A stretch of DNA of 64,000 nucleotides, from NCBI GenBank assembly GCA_964510495.1, contig CAZECR010000003.1:550-64549 (forward strand), given 5' to 3'. The translations under genes and the position numbers were made by a program. Below the pieces are notes generated by a model. It did not search any database and had not been told where the DNA came from. It saw only the letters and a program-made list of their open reading frames with translations. How positions within the stretch are numbered: position 1 is the stretch's first letter; every line of letters begins with the position of its first letter. Below are positions 9,801-20,449 of the stretch, piece after piece. Origin of the DNA: an uncultured Gammaproteobacteria bacterium. Its GTDB lineage: Bacteria > Patescibacteriota > Patescibacteriia > Magasanikbacterales > GWA2-37-8.

Positions 9801-12800
9801 GTGCAAAGGCTGGCGCTCAAAAAAATACTATTTACGGTCTGTTTTACTCTGGTGGTTACTCTCGGCTCCCTAACGGCGCTGTGGGTTGTGCATGCTGCAA
9901 CGCCTGCACTTGATGTTGGTCTTAATGGCGATGTAGCGGCTACAACGGGTCTTGCAACTACGGATGTGCGATTGGTAGTGGCTCGAATAATTCGTACCGT
10001 TCTTGGACTTCTCGGTATTATTGCCCTGGTGATCGTTCTGTACGGTGGTTTTTCCTATATGACTGCCGGTGGAGATGATGAAAAAGTCGGTAGTGCCAAA
10101 AAAATCTTAGTAAATGGTGGTATTGGTCTTCTCATCATCCTTTCTTCGTACGCAATTACCAGTTTTGTTATTAGTCGTTTGGTCTCCGCGACTACTGGAG
10201 TAGACAATGGTCAAAACTGTACCGGACCAAATTGCACCGATGGGTCAGGAGGTTCGGGAACAGGTTTTAACGCCTCCGGAAATGCTTTTTATGTTTCGAG
10301 TCTTCCATCTAATGGAAATCTTTGTATTCGCAATGTTCATCCGTCAGTAGTATTTAGTAAAGAAGTTGATATAGCAACTCTGTCAGGAAATGTTGTGGTT
10401 TCCGCAGTGGGCGGCTCGGCTGTTTCAGGAAAATGGGAGTACGGAACAAAAAAGGCTGTGGTGTTTTTTGTTCCAGTGGGTGACTGCGCTCCAAGTACGG
10501 GTCAGGATTGTCTCCTACCAAAGACATCGTACACTATTACTTTCCAGAATCCTTCAGCAATCAAGAGTGCAGACGGTACACAAAGTCTTAACTGCAGTAT
10601 TAAAGGTGGCTGTGGACCAGTAACATTTACAACAGGTGAAGGCGTAGATCGCTTGCCTCCTCAAATTACTATTACCGAGCCTTTGGCGAATGCTAGTTTT
10701 CAGGCCGGAGTAGCTATACCAGTGACTGTTTCGTATACAGACGACAACGGTATTCAAAATGTTTCGGTGTATCAGGGTGCAGCTGTGGTTGGTAGTAAAT
10801 CCGTTAATGGTTGTCAAAAAACTGGCTCAGTCGAACTCAGCTGGGTTACCGGTGGTTTAGACGCTGGCGCTTATACCTTGCAAGCCCTCGGTACAGATTG
10901 GAGCGGGGGACAAGACACTAAAAATATTGCAGTAAATCTTAAACCAAATCACTGTTTTAATAATCAATTAGAGGCAGACCTTGGTGAAAAACAAGTCGGA
11001 CCTACTGCTTGCGGTGGAGAATGCGGAAGCTGTGCAGGCGAAAGTTGTACGGCAAATGCCGACTGTGGCAGTGGTTTTTGCCAAGTCCCAGCGGGTGGTG
11101 GAGCAGGTGTCTGTATTCAGCGCACTACCGTTAACGGTCTTTCACCCAACTCAGGCGCGCCTGGTACTTTTGTTACTGTTTCAGGAAAGTATTTTGGTTC
11201 AACTGGACGTATTTATTTTGCAGCTGTTGCCAATCCAAACATTACTAAGGAAACTGATTGGGTGGAGGCTAAGGCGGTTAGTTGTGGAGCTGGTTTTAAC
11301 AGTTGGTCTTCATCGCAAATCATAGTTGAAGTTCCAGCCAATGCTGTGCCAGGGCCTGTTGCTGTATTTTCGGGCGCAGCTACGCTTAAAGCAGCTGCTA
11401 CGGCCAATACTTCTTTATTTGATACAACACGCGATGCCTGGGGTCCATTGGTTGGAGATTTTACTGTAAATGACGAAGTGCATCCGAGTATTTGTGCGCT
11501 TAATCCCGCTGTTGGCAAAAGTGGTTCAGCGATAGCATTAATTGGTAAAAATTTTGGCCTACTTTCTACAACTGCCAATCAAGTTACCTTTGGTACCGCG
11601 GTAGCAGTTACTCGTCCAAACGATTGGGTTGATGCTCTCATTAAAACAACAGTCCCTAATCTTGAACAAGGCACTGTAACTGTTAGAGTTACTAGCAATG
11701 GCCGCCAGAGTAATGCTGTAACTTTTTCTGTTCAAGAAGGGGCAAGTGAAACTGCGCCATTTATTAATACTATTAGCACCACTTCGGGAGCACGAGGCGA
11801 ATATATTACCATCTCCGGTCGCAATTTTGGTAGTAAATTGGGAGCAGTCTGGTTTAAAGCAGCGCCAACCAGCGAAGCAATCCTGGGTAGTTTTGATTTT
11901 CCGGATAGCTGCCAGGCAGCAGTGTGGCGGGACGATCAGATTATTGTTAAATTCCCACTCGATAAAGGGTCGGTTGGCACTAGTTATTTACTCCAGATTA
12001 AAACAGCCGATGACGCAGTCAGCGCGATTGATTCTAATACAACCTTTGCACTTATTGCCGGCACTCCTAACCCGGGTATTTGTAAAATTTCTCCTCTATC
12101 TGGAACTGTCCCTTTTGCCGCGGGTCAAGTACTAACCTTGAGCGGTGAATATTTTGGTACACAGCCAGGTATTTATTTCTGGAAGGCTAGTGCGAATACA
12201 GCCGATATGAGCAGCCGTGCCCTCACAGCCGCCACTGATATCACGTCTAGAAGCAATAGTACAATTAGCCTTCGTCCACCGGCTGGCGCTCAAACTGGAC
12301 CGGTCGTGGTAGTTCGCGGTGAAGATAGTAAAGTAAGCAATCCAATAAATTTTACGGTTGGTAGTTGTGTTCAAAATAACAATACTTGTCCAGTTTCTGG
12401 GTACACCTGCTGTAGTAGCGGAGCTGATGCAGGTTCCTGCAAACCCGCTGGTGAGCTTTGTTCGCAGGGGGTGCGCTCTGCGGGGTATGTCTGGCGCTTT
12501 AGTTCTGCTGCGATTCCAGTTGTGCCGCATGTTGTTGAGCGCTGTGATGCCGGTACCGATCAAGGAAGAAATTTACCTTCACCATCCCCAAGTATTCAAT
12601 GGGATCAAAGTGCTAATGGCGACAGTCACAATGTGTGCCGTACCGCTTTGGCCACAGTTGAATTGACTGCTTTGATTGATCAAAAAACAGTAACCAAAGA
12701 CACGGTCATTGTTAATAAATGTTCCGGGGTCGATGAAAAGAATAATTGTCTTAATCCAGTTCGTGTTGATCTTACGACCGATAGCTATGGAGTAAAAACT

Positions 12801-15800
12801 GCTATGACGGATAGCGGGGGATCTCCGCATGCGTTTTTGCAAGTTGGTCCTGCAACTCGCTCGTGGGAAGATAATACCTGGTATCAAGTTGCCCTGACTT
12901 CTGGTATCCGCTCGGCAGGCAGTGCTAGTAGCACAGCTTTGGCGCTCGCTGCTGATCGACCGTGTCAAATTGCCGGATCGGCCTATTGTTATGTTTTTAA
13001 AACTGATACAAAAAATTGTGCTCTCAAAGCAGTGGTTGTAACACCCTATAGTTATTGGACTAAGGTACTGGAGTCTCCAATTAAATTGCGTACAAGTGCC
13101 GGTAGTGCTACTGAATTGTATTATCGTGGAAATGGGCTTAGTAATCAGCGTTGTATCATGATGGACGTGAGCGGGTTTAACTGGCAGTGGAACAGCGAGA
13201 ATACTGGGTATGCTGCGATGTATGGGTCGGTTAACGCACCAGTTTCTCAGGTTTCTGCACTTGCCAACACCGTAGCAATCGGTCTCACTAACCCTGATGA
13301 AGCCATAAATATTGTGGCTGTAGCAAGTACCGGTACTGCTTCGTACGCCGGAAAAAGTCCGCTTACAATTGACCTGAGTGACCCAGGTGTGGTTGATTAT
13401 TGGCCGAGATGTCTTGAAGCCTGTACCAACGCTGAAGTTGCGGTGCGTTTTAACACCACAATGTCGCTGCGTAATCTTCCTGGAACGATTCAAGGCGGTA
13501 GTGTGCAACTTTTGAAATGTACTGATGAAAATTGTTTAAGCACGCAGTCAGTTGTAAATCTTAACGACATAACGCTTGATCCAACAAGTAATTATTCAGT
13601 ACTTAAAATTGCCAATTCATTGACGGGTTCTCAATTACTTGAACCTAATACGCTTTATAAAGTTGTTGTCTCAACCGCCTCAACAGACCCGGCTGCGGCA
13701 ACTAACCAGCTTTGGTCGGCCGCCAAACTCAATGATCCTCAGACTTCGAGCAAGCCTTTTAATCAAGAGTTTACCTGGCGTTTTAGAACTAAAAATGGAC
13801 AATGCCAAGTTGATAAAGCGGTAGTAAATCCTCCAGAATTTTTTGGAAAATCAATTGCGGAAAAGACTGTCTATACTGTTCAGCCCTACGCTGCTCCAGA
13901 TAGCTGCAGTACCCAAGGTCAAAAACTTAATCCTTGGTCCGTAAGTTGGAATTGGAGTTCAGCTGATTCCAAGGTGGCATCCGTTACCTCATTTAGTACT
14001 AAGGGAAATAACCCGTCATGTACTCCGAGTTGTATTCGCAAAGGTAGTGATGTTCCGGCGACTCAGGCTAATGTAGTACCTGTATGTGGTAATGGTAAAG
14101 TAGAAGCAGGTGAAGATTGTGATGGGCCAGATAGTGCTAAAGGTTGCGCGCTCAATTGTTTGTTTGCAGGCAACACTGCTGCAACTTGCGGTAACGGTAT
14201 TGTTGAACCAAATTTAGGCGAAGCCTGCGATCCAAAAGATCCTAAAACTGCTACCGGCTGTAGTCTTAGTTGCCGCCATCTTGGTTCTTCGGTAACCACT
14301 GATGCTTCTAATACAAATGCTTCAATTTGTGGCAATAGTAGTATTGGAAGTGGAGAAGACTGCGACACTGGTATTACAAAGAGTGTAGCTAATCCATTGT
14401 CACAGCTTAACTGTTCTCAAAAATGTTTGCATACTGGATCGCGTTTGTCTAAGCAGTGGTGTATTGCTAACGCCCTTACTCGAGGTGGTTTTTCAGGCAC
14501 GGAGTTTGATGCGGCTTGTGGGCTCAGCTTCAGTCAGTGTGGCGATCGTGTTTTAACTCCTGATGAGGATTCTGGCTGTGATGATCCAAATACTGGTTGG
14601 AATAGCGGTGCGTGTACCCAGTATTGTCTGAAGAAAACTTCAACAGAATGTGTGCCAGGAACAGAAGGTTGTGATGCTAATGGTCGTCATACCGGTTCGT
14701 CCCTCCTCTACAGTACTCCATCATCATGTGGAGATGGCACCGCAGGTACTGGTGAAGACGCTGTTTGTGAAACTGGCTTAGTAATTAATCATAGCGGACT
14801 TATTGACCCGTGGACCCTGGCTACAGGAGTTGGTTTGGGCACTCCAAAAGGAGTTCCAGCCGCTCAAACCACTTTTGTAAAAGCTGTTACTAATCAGAAT
14901 AATCGTTCGGTAAGCGGAAGCGGTGTATTTAGTGTTGCCTGTGGGTACCAAACTGATCTCGATTGTAAACGAACTTTTGGTAGTGATTACTCTGTTGGAG
15001 AAAATACCTGTTGTTACAGAAAGCCTGGCCTCATAAGCACCTATCCTGCCAATAACGCAGCTACAGTTTGTCCTAATACATATCTCGAAGCTGTTTTTGA
15101 TAGTAAAATTGATGAAAATACTCTCACCGGAAACGTGCTTATTGCTCGTGGTGGCAACACTACTTGTGCCGCAGGCCAACAAGATGTTACGAATTTGATT
15201 GCGCGCACCGAGAGCTACATCGCTCTACCTTGGTATAAAAAAGTACTGGCTCAGGCAGTCGCAGCATTTAAAAATGTCTTCCTAGGCTCTGATGTTGCTG
15301 CCCTAGTCACTCCTGTTACTAATTGGTGCGTAGGTCAAGATATTGGGGTGGCACGTGTGGCGCCAGTTGTTGGAGCCCCTACATCAACGTCACGAATCAG
15401 CATTCAAATTAACACTCCGCTGGCCTTTACAACAGATTATGCCGTTATTCTTAAAGAAGGAGTGAAGGACACTAACGGTGTTAGTATTGGTAAACTTGCT
15501 ACTAAAAATATTAGCTGGCACTTTTCGACGAGCGATAAAATTTGCGAAGTTAACAAAGTCACCGTCAATCCTCCGGAATGGTCATTCTCCGTTGCCAATG
15601 CTACAACGACCCTTGAGGCTGCTGCCTTTACCTCAAACGGCTCGAAAGTACAGCCAATTCCTGGATTCTATGACTGGCAGTATCGCTGGGGACCAATAGA
15701 CAATCCTTATGTTTCTTTGCAAACAACTAATACCACCCTTAATGTAATTACTGCTCAAAATCGCAACGGTGAGATTGATCTTCGAGCTGAAGCAAATATT

Positions 15801-18800
15801 ACTACTAATAAGTACACCAGTGCTACTGGTCCGGTTGCTACCGGTAGTTCGCACGAAATTGTCTTCCTTTGTGAGAATCCATGGCCACCAAAAAGTATTT
15901 ATATTGATAACCAAGGGCCGTTTACTATATTCCCGTATCAGGATAAAGCAGGGAATAACGATGGTTTTGATCTTAGCGGCAATGTCTTTAACAATTCAAC
16001 CATTCCGGCTTCGATGGCCGTAATGGACGGGTACTTTAATTTTGGCACGTATTATTGTGCAGATAATGGTGCCACTGGAACAGCTGATGATTTGCCGTAC
16101 TTGCGACCCACAGTTCAAACGAGCGGAACAGCCATCTCAGCAACCGGCGCGCTCAAGAAGTTCTTCTTCACCAATGATAAAAATGCTGACGCTATCGGTA
16201 TTCAAGTTTTTGCCAACCCTAAACACTTGAGTCCGACCGACTGGTATTCGCTCAGTAAAGCAAATGGTGGACAAGGCTTTATTGGCAGTACGCAGAGTGT
16301 AAAAGTTGATGGTTATAACGCAATTACGGATGGTAACAACATCTATGTTGATGCGCTCAATTATTCAGCGGTCACCAAAAATATTTACAGCACTATTTAT
16401 CTCTTTAGTATTAATGCGAATGCGGACGCTTCAACTCGTAAAGTATTTGAGCAGCTTTTGACCAACCTTAATTTTAACTCCAATATTTCTAATTACGGCT
16501 ATTGCGGAACTAGTGTTGATAATCCTGGTTTCCAAACGCAGTGTCAGAGCGATATAGATTGTAATCAAGGGCAAGTTTGTTCCAACAGCATTGATAAATT
16601 AAAGCGTAATTACGATCGCTTGCATGGGCTTAATGCTTTTCAGGTAGCGCTCGCCAGTTATGCGGCGCAGCATGATAAAAAATATCCAAGCATGCAAGAG
16701 GGAAGTTATTTGACTGGCCAAACCGTTAGCACCTGGCCTTCGTGGGCAACACTTGGAAATACGCTAGGACAGAGTGCCCCAGTTGACCCTATTAACCGTT
16801 TGACTGCCGCTGGAACATGTTCAGTAAGCACTAATAAATTCTGTACGGTGAATGCTGACTGCGGTGGAACAGAAACCTGTGTACTCCATGATCCGATTAC
16901 GGCTTGGAGCGCTACTGATCGCCGATTTAGTTTTGCTTGTCCACCCGCTTCGTATGCGTATCGCTACGCTGCCGCATCTGCCGGAGCAAACTACACGGTA
17001 CGAGCAAGGTTTGAAAATACCGGCCTTAGCATTACCAATCAGGCTGCGTTTATGGCTGATTTTATTGATCCAACCAAATTTATTACCGATAGTAGCAATG
17101 GTATTTGTAATCAAGATCAGGAAATTGCCAGTCTTAATACCGGTGTGTGTGGGGACGGTGTTGTTAATACGGTTCGTGGTGAGCAATGTGATCCAGTTGG
17201 TCAGACACGCTATGGAGCTTGCAATGCAGATCAGAATGGTAAAATCAAAGTTGATGTATGTGATAGTTCGTGCCGCTGGAAGGCAGCCGATACTGCTTTT
17301 GTGGATTGTTCCTTCCTCAGTAAATGTGGTAATGGTGCGGTCGAAGTAGGGGAGAAATGTGACGACGGAAAGCTCAATGGGCGCTACAATCATTGTACGA
17401 CTAAATGTACGCTCCCGACTAAGGACGACGTTGGTTTTTGCGGCGATGGTGTCGTAGAAGCTAAATATGAAGTATGTGATATTCGAGCCATGATGGACGA
17501 TAAGCCAGGACTTTGTGTTGGCGGAGTGCGAACCGGACAGCCATGTTCAGTGTCCGTGGACTGTAATGCCGTAAATGGAGTGCAATCCTCGTATGGTGGC
17601 GTTTGCAAGTTGATTACCGAAGCCAAGATTAAATATGCCCAAACAAAGAGCGCTTCATGTAATTGGGATTGTCAGTCAACCGGCCCTTATTGTGGTGATG
17701 GAATAGTTCAAAGTGATTGGGGTGAAGACTGCGATGGCGCTACGAGTGCTTGTACTGTTGGAGATCAGGGTGGCAAACGTTCCTGTAGTACTTCATGCAA
17801 GTGGACTGATCCGAGTGCTGTTGCCTGGTGGAGATTTGATGAAGCCTCATTGAAAGATGATAAAATGACGTTCTCTGACGCGTCTGGAATTAACAAAGGT
17901 GTTTGCGACGGAGCTAAGAATGAATGCCCTGTATTTACAAATAGTGGAAAGTATAATGGTGCCTTTATATTTAGTGGTGGTAACTTTGTTACTGTTCCGC
18001 ACTATACATCCTTTGATGTTGCCAATGTTACCTTAGAAGCTTGGATTAAATTAATTCCCGGCACTGCAGAAGGCTGGAAAAACATTTTGCTTAAACAAAA
18101 TGGTTTAAATGCGATGGAAGCAGAGAAGGATTATAATTTCTCTTATTATAATACCGATAAAATTCTCAAGCTTGGTTTTTCTTCGCCCGGACGTTTTGGT
18201 AAGGCAGAAGGTGTGCTCCCAACAGGTCTTTCGGCGGGGGAATGGCACCATGTTGCTGTAACGGTCGCCAATAGTAGTGTTCATGCTATTAAGTTTTATG
18301 TCGACGGTAAGCCGCTAGCCGACGGTAACATCAGTATGAGTGATGCGGGTGTTATTGGTTTGTCTGCAGATCGAAATTATCCTGTGTATCTTGGTGGAAA
18401 TGGTGGTGTTGATGAGCTCAAAGTCTACGATCGTGTTCTGACGAGTAGCGAGGTGGCTGCTGAAGCGCAGAGCCCTTGGTTCTGTGCGCTTGGCGGAGCA
18501 GCGCTCGCGGTTGGTGACGGACCGCGTTGTGGGGATGCTAAAGTAGATACTGGTGAAGCCTGTGATAAAGGTGCTGCTAACGGACAAAGCTGTAACCCAA
18601 GTTACGGTAAAACCTGTGCATACTGCTCTAATGATTGTAAGAATATTATTGATGTTCAAGCCAAGACCTACTGCGGGGACGGTGTGGTACAAGGAACACC
18701 TTTTGGCAACGAAATCTGTGACATGGATGCAGTTAGTAAATCGGTGTATGTCTTAAGCGCTTCACCATTGACCGAAAACACCTTTAACGCAGCGCACGGT

Positions 18801-19931
18801 GGTTACAGACTATTGTCTTGTACAGAGCAGCCTCAAGATGATTATACTCAGAAAAAAGAAATAAGTGCTCCTGCCTGTGGCGCTGTCTGTGGTGTTCCAA
18901 CAAGTAACTGTGCTAAATGCGGTGTTGATTACACCAAAGGTGTTGGTATTGCTGGAGAACTCATCAACGTGCTTTCACCTACGAGCACCAATCCGCTCCT
19001 TGGTGGTGGTGGAGTAGTGTCAAGTTATGTGGTCGGAAATGTTGCTTATGGGGCTGTGACTGGGGGCAACCCTTCTTCAATGGACGTTTATATCGGCCTT
19101 GATATGGCGCCCAAAAAATTAGTTGCTCATACTGCTTGGGCTGCAGAATCTGATAAGAATTATGTTTTGAAAGATCCGGCTTTTGACGCAACAGCTACGG
19201 GTAATCAGGTCAAACTAAACAGCTACCCACTTTGTTCAACAGGGGACCCACGGTACACACTCCGTTTGAATGGAGATACTACTCACCGTTTCGATTTTCC
19301 AGTTTTTGCAGCTGTGTCTCCGGAACAGTACGATCTAGTCCTCTCGCCAGTCATTAATAATCAAGTTCGTCCAAATGATGTTCGCGTAGTCGTTAGTTGG
19401 GTGCGCGAGGCTGGTTTTTATGGTGGCTTTACTGTGCCTCTGGCAGGCAAAGGCAAGACCGAAGGTGCTACGTTTGCCGGTAAATTATCCAGTGGCCTTA
19501 CCTACTACAATGCCCCACGCATTAATGGTATCGGTTATCATGGTTTTGGTACCACTAAAAACAGCACAAACGAAGAAGCTTTCTTCGTAAATACAGATGC
19601 TAAACCGTATAATGGTACAACGGTTACTTCTGAAATGACTAATGACCAGTATGCATTTTATGTGCGCACAAGTGGTGAGAGTATTGCCAGATACAAAACA
19701 ACTGCTAAACTGCGCGTTGATGTATACTTCCCAGAAAATGATTCTGCCAATAATCATTTTGCTACCCCGGCAATGACTTTCTATATGAACAGTGCTTCGC
19801 CATCGGATAATCCAAATGCTAACTATTGGCACGTCTTTAATATCAAGCGAGCCACTGTACCGACTCCAGATCCGGTTACCAGCCGTATAATCCCGGTTAA
19901 TAAAATAGTTACTGAAAGTAAATTCTTTTAA
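9801..19931 (+). CDS. Giant 3376-aa surface protein: pilin N-terminus, Ig-like/IPT-TIG repeats, myxobacterial-type Cys repeats, GspG-like segment, LamG-like domain
   Basis: YGGFSYMTAGGDDEKV pilin motif; SPNSGAPGTFVTVSGKYFG IPT repeats; about 11 CGD/NG..GE.CD repeats; WWRFDE...WHHVAVT...VDELKVYDRVL LamG-like. Confidence 0.9.
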   Translation: MQRLALKKILFTVCFTLVVTLGSLTALWVVHAATPALDVGLNGDVAATTGLATTDVRLVVARIIRTVLGLLGIIALVIVLYGGFSYMTAGGDDEKVGSAKKILVNGGIGLLIILSSYAITSFVISRLVSATTGVDNGQNCTGPNCTDGSGGSGTGFNASGNAFYVSSLPSNGNLCIRNVHPSVVFSKEVDIATLSGNVVVSAVGGSAVSGKWEYGTKKAVVFFVPVGDCAPSTGQDCLLPKTSYTITFQNPSAIKSADGTQSLNCSIKGGCGPVTFTTGEGVDRLPPQITITEPLANASFQAGVAIPVTVSYTDDNGIQNVSVYQGAAVVGSKSVNGCQKTGSVELSWVTGGLDAGAYTLQALGTDWSGGQDTKNIAVNLKPNHCFNNQLEADLGEKQVGPTACGGECGSCAGESCTANADCGSGFCQVPAGGGAGVCIQRTTVNGLSPNSGAPGTFVTVSGKYFGSTGRIYFAAVANPNITKETDWVEAKAVSCGAGFNSWSSSQIIVEVPANAVPGPVAVFSGAATLKAAATANTSLFDTTRDAWGPLVGDFTVNDEVHPSICALNPAVGKSGSAIALIGKNFGLLSTTANQVTFGTAVAVTRPNDWVDALIKTTVPNLEQGTVTVRVTSNGRQSNAVTFSVQEGASETAPFINTISTTSGARGEYITISGRNFGSKLGAVWFKAAPTSEAILGSFDFPDSCQAAVWRDDQIIVKFPLDKGSVGTSYLLQIKTADDAVSAIDSNTTFALIAGTPNPGICKISPLSGTVPFAAGQVLTLSGEYFGTQPGIYFWKASANTADMSSRALTAATDITSRSNSTISLRPPAGAQTGPVVVVRGEDSKVSNPINFTVGSCVQNNNTCPVSGYTCCSSGADAGSCKPAGELCSQGVRSAGYVWRFSSAAIPVVPHVVERCDAGTDQGRNLPSPSPSIQWDQSANGDSHNVCRTALATVELTALIDQKTVTKDTVIVNKCSGVDEKNNCLNPVRVDLTTDSYGVKTAMTDSGGSPHAFLQVGPATRSWEDNTWYQVALTSGIRSAGSASSTALALAADRPCQIAGSAYCYVFKTDTKNCALKAVVVTPYSYWTKVLESPIKLRTSAGSATELYYRGNGLSNQRCIMMDVSGFNWQWNSENTGYAAMYGSVNAPVSQVSALANTVAIGLTNPDEAINIVAVASTGTASYAGKSPLTIDLSDPGVVDYWPRCLEACTNAEVAVRFNTTMSLRNLPGTIQGGSVQLLKCTDENCLSTQSVVNLNDITLDPTSNYSVLKIANSLTGSQLLEPNTLYKVVVSTASTDPAAATNQLWSAAKLNDPQTSSKPFNQEFTWRFRTKNGQCQVDKAVVNPPEFFGKSIAEKTVYTVQPYAAPDSCSTQGQKLNPWSVSWNWSSADSKVASVTSFSTKGNNPSCTPSCIRKGSDVPATQANVVPVCGNGKVEAGEDCDGPDSAKGCALNCLFAGNTAATCGNGIVEPNLGEACDPKDPKTATGCSLSCRHLGSSVTTDASNTNASICGNSSIGSGEDCDTGITKSVANPLSQLNCSQKCLHTGSRLSKQWCIANALTRGGFSGTEFDAACGLSFSQCGDRVLTPDEDSGCDDPNTGWNSGACTQYCLKKTSTECVPGTEGCDANGRHTGSSLLYSTPSSCGDGTAGTGEDAVCETGLVINHSGLIDPWTLATGVGLGTPKGVPAAQTTFVKAVTNQNNRSVSGSGVFSVACGYQTDLDCKRTFGSDYSVGENTCCYRKPGLISTYPANNAATVCPNTYLEAVFDSKIDENTLTGNVLIARGGNTTCAAGQQDVTNLIARTESYIALPWYKKVLAQAVAAFKNVFLGSDVAALVTPVTNWCVGQDIGVARVAPVVGAPTSTSRISIQINTPLAFTTDYAVILKEGVKDTNGVSIGKLATKNISWHFSTSDKICEVNKVTVNPPEWSFSVANATTTLEAAAFTSNGSKVQPIPGFYDWQYRWGPIDNPYVSLQTTNTTLNVITAQNRNGEIDLRAEANITTNKYTSATGPVATGSSHEIVFLCENPWPPKSIYIDNQGPFTIFPYQDKAGNNDGFDLSGNVFNNSTIPASMAVMDGYFNFGTYYCADNGATGTADDLPYLRPTVQTSGTAISATGALKKFFFTNDKNADAIGIQVFANPKHLSPTDWYSLSKANGGQGFIGSTQSVKVDGYNAITDGNNIYVDALNYSAVTKNIYSTIYLFSINANADASTRKVFEQLLTNLNFNSNISNYGYCGTSVDNPGFQTQCQSDIDCNQGQVCSNSIDKLKRNYDRLHGLNAFQVALASYAAQHDKKYPSMQEGSYLTGQTVSTWPSWATLGNTLGQSAPVDPINRLTAAGTCSVSTNKFCTVNADCGGTETCVLHDPITAWSATDRRFSFACPPASYAYRYAAASAGANYTVRARFENTGLSITNQAAFMADFIDPTKFITDSSNGICNQDQEIASLNTGVCGDGVVNTVRGEQCDPVGQTRYGACNADQNGKIKVDVCDSSCRWKAADTAFVDCSFLSKCGNGAVEVGEKCDDGKLNGRYNHCTTKCTLPTKDDVGFCGDGVVEAKYEVCDIRAMMDDKPGLCVGGVRTGQPCSVSVDCNAVNGVQSSYGGVCKLITEAKIKYAQTKSASCNWDCQSTGPYCGDGIVQSDWGEDCDGATSACTVGDQGGKRSCSTSCKWTDPSAVAWWRFDEASLKDDKMTFSDASGINKGVCDGAKNECPVFTNSGKYNGAFIFSGGNFVTVPHYTSFDVANVTLEAWIKLIPGTAEGWKNILLKQNGLNAMEAEKDYNFSYYNTDKILKLGFSSPGRFGKAEGVLPTGLSAGEWHHVAVTVANSSVHAIKFYVDGKPLADGNISMSDAGVIGLSADRNYPVYLGGNGGVDELKVYDRVLTSSEVAAEAQSPWFCALGGAALAVGDGPRCGDAKVDTGEACDKGAANGQSCNPSYGKTCAYCSNDCKNIIDVQAKTYCGDGVVQGTPFGNEICDMDAVSKSVYVLSASPLTENTFNAAHGGYRLLSCTEQPQDDYTQKKEISAPACGAVCGVPTSNCAKCGVDYTKGVGIAGELINVLSPTSTNPLLGGGGVVSSYVVGNVAYGAVTGGNPSSMDVYIGLDMAPKKLVAHTAWAAESDKNYVLKDPAFDATATGNQVKLNSYPLCSTGDPRYTLRLNGDTTHRFDFPVFAAVSPEQYDLVLSPVINNQVRPNDVRVVVSWVREAGFYGGFTVPLAGKGKTEGATFAGKLSSGLTYYNAPRINGIGYHGFGTTKNSTNEEAFFVNTDAKPYNGTTVTSEMTNDQYAFYVRTSGESIARYKTTAKLRVDVYFPENDSANNHFATPAMTFYMNSASPSDNPNANYWHVFNIKRATVPTPDPVTSRIIPVNKIVTESKFF

Positions 19932-19943
19932 TTGAGGTCTTGT

Positions 19944-20411
19944 ATGGAAAATCGCAAGAAATTATTTCTAATTAGTGGTATACTAGTGGTGCTTATCGTA
20001 GCGGGCGGCATAATCTGGTTTTTAAGTCGTACCAAAAAGAATGAGGCACTCTTGCCGCAGCCAGGTATTGAAAGCGCAACTACTACAGAAACGATCGATA
20101 CTGTTCCGGCTACTATAGTGATAACTACTACCACTCCTTCGCCTGAGCTCGATGCTTTTCAGGCTCAAGTTGAGCTCTTGGCTGCAACGGATCAAGATTT
20201 AGATGGCCTTTCAGACACGGAAGAAAAAACCTATGGCACGAGTCCTGCAAACTCTGATACAGATGCAGACGGTTTGCTTGATAAAGATGAGATACTGATT
20301 TTTCATACTGATCCATTAAAAGCAGATACCGACGCCGATACTCACCCGGATGGTGAAGAAGTCCGTAACGGCTATAATCCTAGTGGTAGTGGTAAACTAG
20401 AAACACTTTAA
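19944..20411 (+). CDS. Membrane-anchored protein with DxDxDG calcium-binding (TSP3-like) repeats
   Basis: N-terminal TM; DQDLDGLSD, DTDADGLLD, DTDADTHPDGEEV..GYNP. Confidence 0.8.
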   Translation: MENRKKLFLISGILVVLIVAGGIIWFLSRTKKNEALLPQPGIESATTTETIDTVPATIVITTTTPSPELDAFQAQVELLAATDQDLDGLSDTEEKTYGTSPANSDTDADGLLDKDEILIFHTDPLKADTDADTHPDGEEVRNGYNPSGSGKLETL

Positions 20412-20449
20412 TTTTAGACACTTTACCAATTCTTACTAAATTTTTGTTT

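Noticed and set aside
12579-13508. 309-aa antisense ORF inside the giant gene, and similar shadow ORFs (2383-2982, 25194-25793, 35561-36127, 40766-41314)
   Set aside because: They lie wholly or mostly opposite well-supported genes, have no motifs, and are expected from codon bias
14080-18720. Cys-rich repeats as a diversity-generating retroelement target or DNA tandem repeat
   Set aside because: The repeats are similar only at protein level; no near-identical TR/VR pair or reverse transcriptase was seen
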